A DNA stretch of 64,000 nucleotides, taken from assembly GCA_020628425.1 (NCBI GenBank), contig JAHDEZ010000003.1, forward strand, positions 25,996 through 89,995, in the 5' to 3' direction. Below, in pieces: positions 62,201-64,000 of this stretch (position 1 is the first letter of the stretch; each line of letters starts with the position of its first letter). The notes beneath the pieces were generated by a model. That model made no database searches, was not told the DNA's origin, and worked only from the letters and a program-made list of their open reading frames with translations. Both the position numbers and the translations under genes were made by a program. Source of the DNA: Hellea sp. Its GTDB lineage: Bacteria > Pseudomonadota > Alphaproteobacteria > Caulobacterales > Maricaulaceae.

Positions 62201-64000
62201 TGGACAACAACGGTTTCACTAACAGTCTCATATACTGGCGGTACAACAACGTACTCAACAGATTGAGGCTGCACAACAACAGTTTCCGTGACAGTTTCGA
62301 ATACCGGCGGAACTGTAATTAGTTCCGTAGAAGCCGCTTGTACAATGACAGGCTCCTGAACGGTTTCAAATGTAGCAGGAACAGAGATATACTCGGTTGA
62401 TGCCGGCTGCACGACAACTGTCTCAGTTACAGTGTCGTATACTGGTGGTACTGTAACCAACTCAGTAGATGCTTCCTGAACAACAACAGTTTCTGTGTAT
62501 GTTTCGTACTGTGCCGGCACGACAACATATTCTACTGACTGCGGTTGAACAACAACCGTCTCAGCAACGGTCTCAAACGTTGCAGGGATAGTCACCAATT
62601 CTGTAGCAGCATCCTTAACGACAACTGTTTCAGTCACTGTTTCGAATTCGGCCGGAACAGTAATCAACTCGGTTGTCGCCGGTTGAATAACAACTGTTTC
62701 AGAAACAGTTTCGAATGTTGCAGGAATTGTTACCAACTCAGTAGTAGCTTCCTGAACGACAACAGTCTCTTGAACAGTTTCAAAAGTTGCTGGAATTGTC
62801 TCATAAGTTACAGATTGCGGCTGCACAACGACTGTTTCTGTTACGGTCTCGAACGTAGCAGGTACGGTGACCAACTCAGTTGAGGCATCCTTAACAACAA
62901 CAGTCTCTGTGACAGTTTCGAAAACTGGTGGAATTGTGACCAGCTCAGTAGTTGCTTCCTGAACAACCATTGTCTCGGTAACCGTCTCATAAGTAGCTGG
63001 CACAGTAACCAACTCAGTTGAGGCGTCTTGGACAACAACAGTTTCAGTAACCGTTTCATAAGTAGGCGGCACAGTGACATAGTCGACACTCTGCGGCTGA
63101 ACCACAACGGTTTCGCTAACTGTTTCGTAAGTAGCAGGGATTGTTACGAGCTCTGTCGTTGCATCTTTAACAACAACAGTCTCCGTGACCGTGTCGTAAA
63201 CAGGGGGTACGGTTACGAGCTCGGTTGAGGCTTCCTGAACAACGACTGTTTCGCTGTATGTTTCGTAAGTGGCAGGTACGGTGACATACTCTACTGTCTG
63301 TGGCTTCACGGTTACGGTTTCCGTTACGGTCTCGTAGACTGGTGGGATTGTAACCATTTCTGTGGAGGCTTCTTGCACAACGACAGTCTCTGTGACTGTT
63401 CGGAAGGTAGAGGCCATTGAGCCTGCTGTGCTTCCGCCGGTTGCCGTTACGCGAACCGCATTGGATGCCAGAATAGAGCCGCCAGTGCTAACAACATTTC
63501 CACTTGAGTCGACACGTCCGACAACCATGCCGCCGGCACTCGCAGAAGCAAGGCGAGCCGCGCCGCTAGAATCGATAGTGTAAATGGTGCCGCCGACTGC
63601 AACTGCTGAAGGATAACCACCGCTTGCCAGTCGAGCAACGCCACGTGCGATGACTGAACCGTTTGCGCCAACGATATCACCATTGGCATTCACGCTGCCG
63701 ATTGGAGCGCCACCAGCGCCGCCGCCTGCAGTTGTAACTGTTCCGTCTGGGGAAATATTAAACAGTACACCGCCAATTGTTACTGTTGAAGGATAACGAT
63801 ATCCGCCAACGCCAACTGGAACGAGCTCGTAAGATTCTTCTTTTACGAGGACACGCTCTGGAACTGTTTCATATCGGGCTGGGATTTTTCTCAGCTCGGT
63901 GGATTCCGGTTTGATGACAATCCGCTCGGTTGTCGTTTCATAAGTTGCCGGGACAATCACCCGGGCAAAACATTCGCCCGGCAGCGGATTACCTGGTGGT
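56236..64000 (-). CDS. Giant repeat protein (partial; 5' end beyond the window): acidic 23-aa array + basic 23-aa array + peptidoglycan-binding domain + Gly/Ser-rich tail
   Basis: This is a single open frame. The track starts it at GTG 63960, but the frame stays open to 64000 (...PPGNPLPGECFARVIVPATYETT). The PG_binding_1-like segment ISAIQRALKTEGYYTGAIDGRLGQQTYSAVERYQAANGL lies at about 56690-56860. A terminator follows the stop. Confidence 0.85.
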   Translation of the reverse strand, partial: PPGNPLPGECFARVIVPATYETTTERIVIKPESTELRKIPARYETVPERVLVKEESYELVPVGVGGYRYPSTVTIGGVLFNISPDGTVTTAGGGAGGAPIGSVNANGDIVGANGSVIARGVARLASGGYPSAVAVGGTIYTIDSSGAARLASASAGGMVVGRVDSSGNVVSTGGSILASNAVRVTATGGSTAGSMASTFRTVTETVVVQEASTEMVTIPPVYETVTETVTVKPQTVEYVTVPATYETYSETVVVQEASTELVTVPPVYDTVTETVVVKDATTELVTIPATYETVSETVVVQPQSVDYVTVPPTYETVTETVVVQDASTELVTVPATYETVTETMVVQEATTELVTIPPVFETVTETVVVKDASTELVTVPATFETVTETVVVQPQSVTYETIPATFETVQETVVVQEATTELVTIPATFETVSETVVIQPATTELITVPAEFETVTETVVVKDAATELVTIPATFETVAETVVVQPQSVEYVVVPAQYETYTETVVVQEASTELVTVPPVYDTVTETVVVQPASTEYISVPATFETVQEPVIVQAASTELITVPPVFETVTETVVVQPQSVEYVVVPPVYETVSETVVVQEASTELVTIPATFETVTETVVVQPQSVAYETIPATYETQQIPVVVQEASTELVTVPPVFETVTETVVVQPQSVTYEVIPPTYETVEEPVVIQPATTELITVPATYETVTETIVVQPQSVDYVTIPAEYETYTETIVVQDASTELVTIPATFETVTETVVVQPQSVTYETVPPVYENVTETIVVQEASTELVTVPATYETVTETIVVQPATTEYVSIPATYETVQETVVVQDASTELVTIPATFETVTETVVVQPQSVTYETVPPVYETVTETVVVQEASTELVTVPATYNTVTETVVVQEASTELVTIPPVFETVEEPVVVQAASTELVTVPATFETVTETIVVQPQSVDYVTVPAEYETYTETVVVQEATTELVTIPAVYETVNETVVVQEASTELVTVPAVYDTVTETVVVRDASTELVTIPPTFKTVTETVVVQPQSVTYETVPATYETYNETIVVQEASSELIAVPATYATVTETVVVQEATTELVTIPAEFETVTETVVVQPQTVEYVTVPAKMQSSQRTYIAKDAAEELVVIPATYETVTETIVVQEASTRLEVVPATYRTVTETVVVRPESVDIDVIPATYETRTERVLISPAREEWKSASQAVNAGQFSASGTVNTNTRGQFTVFDGVNERIVESTQTSVSPTGEIICRVLIPAQYKTITKQVVKTEARTVEKRIPAVTKTLTRRVVDREATTREIAVPAVTDTITRRVVKTPARVVSRSDAGGFGGSISGFVDGNGDGRDDRDGLTRSAASAADADANNAGTGRRSYGGSSSGQFGQRMGTYQVTEVAEEAKVVERVVPAVTKQVSRRVVKTPARTVEKVIPAVTKQITRRVVDKPATTTERVIPAVTKTETRRRVKTPARTVEKVIPAVTKQVTRRVVDTPAQTREKVIPAVTKQETRRVVKTPARTVEKVIPAVTQTVQRRVVKTPAATTERVIPAVTKQETRRRIKNPARTVEKVIPAVTKTVSRRVVKEPARTVEKVIPAVTQMRQRRVVKTPAQTRERTIPAVTKQITRRVVDQPARTVEKVIPAVTKQETRRVVKTPARTVERVVPAVTKQVSRRVVKTPAATTERVIPAVTKVETRRVIKTPAATTERTVPAVTKQVSRRVVKTPASTVEKVNPAITKQETRRVVKTPARTVEKVIPAVTKQVSRRVVKTPARTTERTIPAVTKQETRRRIKTPARTVEKVIPAVTKQVSRRVVKTPASTVEKVIPAVTRMEQRRVIKTPARTVEKVIPAITKQVSRRIVKSPAATTERVIPAVTKMETQRVIKTPARTVEKVVPAVTKQVSRRVVKTPAATQERVVPAITKVEQRRVVKTPASTVERVIPAVTKQVSRRVVKTPARTTERVIPAVTKMETRRVVKTPAATTERVIPAVTKQVSRRVVKTPARTVEKVIPAITKQETRRRIKTPAATTERVIPAVTKQLTRRVVKTPASTTERVIPAVTQQVSRRVVKTPARTVEKVVPAVTKVETRRVVKTPASTTERVIPAVTKMETRRVVKTPARTVEKVVPAVTKQVSRRVVKDAARTVEKVVPAVTKTVSRRVVRTPAQTQERVIPAVTKQVSRQVVKTPARTVEKVIPAVTQQVQRRVVKTPAATTERVIPAVTKTVSRRVVKDPARTTERVIPAVTQQVSRRVVKTPARTVEKVIPAVTKTETRRRIKTPATTQERVIPAVTKQVSRQVVKTPARTEERVIPAVTKQVTRRVVDGTPRMERRVIPAVYDTIEVTRLAEPARTEAIVIPAEFGEIVKRTPLSQEKVEWRQVLCEANATTTVISAIQRALKTEGYYTGAIDGRLGQQTYSAVERYQAANGLSTGGLTLTTVERLGVNWRSMVSGSSGSFSGTVGSSGFTTTTGSQTVTISGATYTITSSGQVMNSSGAVIGSVDGSGNIVTSSGQVLGRVSSFSTGSMSTGGMTSGGSMSTGGMTSGGAMSMGSAGGYSLRADGMIVDAAGAVIGRLDANGNIINSAGQIIGRWVR
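56905..59800 (-). repeat. In-frame tandem array of 42 basic 69-nt / 23-aa units (consensus IPAVTKQVSRRVVKTPARTVEKV)
   Basis: The translation has a strict 23-aa period. Each unit carries about 3 Lys, 3 Arg and 1 Glu. Units with KQVSRRVVK and K(Q/M/V)ETRR(V/I)K largely alternate through the central part. Confidence 0.9.
60400..63405 (-). repeat. In-frame tandem array of ~44 acidic 69-nt / 23-aa units (consensus PATYETVTETVVVQEASTELVTV)
   Basis: The translation has a strict 23-aa period. Each unit carries about 4 Glu and no Lys or Arg. 'QPQSVxY' variant units recur every 2-4 units. Confidence 0.9.

Noticed and set aside
56905-63405. The regular 69-nt periodicity could be mistaken for a CRISPR or other non-coding tandem array.
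   Set aside because: There is no repeat/unique-spacer alternation. The whole region is one continuous reading frame with strong amino-acid-level conservation and synonymous divergence. No cas genes are present.
56905-63583. Many plus-strand ORFs of 60-264 aa lie inside the repeat gene, for example 57848-58375, 58385-59179, 59140-59931, 61711-62055 and 62545-62883.
   Set aside because: They are antisense or alternative-frame shadows of the 69-nt in-frame arrays. The repeat simply lacks stop codons in those frames. Their translations are low-complexity echoes (VTAGMTRSVV..., LNNN...). None has an RBS or an independent signal.

Overview
This is a dense 64-kb chromosomal window with about 52 protein-coding genes. 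I could not recognise any rRNA, tRNA, CRISPR array, transposase or integrase by eye. The gene order looks alphaproteobacterial (rplU-rpmA-GNAT-obg-proB-proA-nadD-rsfS-rlmH-envC-ctpA-yibQ-rppH on the minus strand, atpHAGDC on the plus strand), and the moderate GC suggests a marine lineage. That assignment is inference and needs a database search.

Left to right the window contains:
- An operon of four tandem flavin-dependent 'tryptophan halogenase'-like paralogues. One of them has lost its cofactor and catalytic motifs.
- A block of exported enzymes: a Tat-signal TIM-barrel isomerase, a 1146-aa beta-propeller/amidohydrolase fusion, an M28 peptidase, and a cytochrome c-PQQ dehydrogenase.
- mutL.
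- An AT-rich insert holding a 21-codon ORF with a textbook double-glycine leader, followed directly by an orphan sensor kinase.
- rsmD, rluB, tadA, two membrane transporters, and a 419-aa all-coiled-coil protein.
- tal, priA and an orphan P450.
- atpHAGDC.
- A secreted protein of unknown function and a YhiN-type flavoprotein.
- A Pho-box-controlled porin-pstSCAB-phoU operon, plus a small tail-anchored ORF.
- The long minus-strand housekeeping operon, which contains a tandem ctpA duplication.
- A giant ORF of more than 2,580 codons that runs off the right edge.

The giant ORF is the most unusual object. It is built from about 44 acidic and about 45 basic copies of the same 23-aa unit, followed by a peptidoglycan-binding domain. 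Its C-terminal Gly-rich module recurs in the secreted 297-aa protein 23 kb away.

All functional calls rest on motifs I recognise in the translations. No searches were run.
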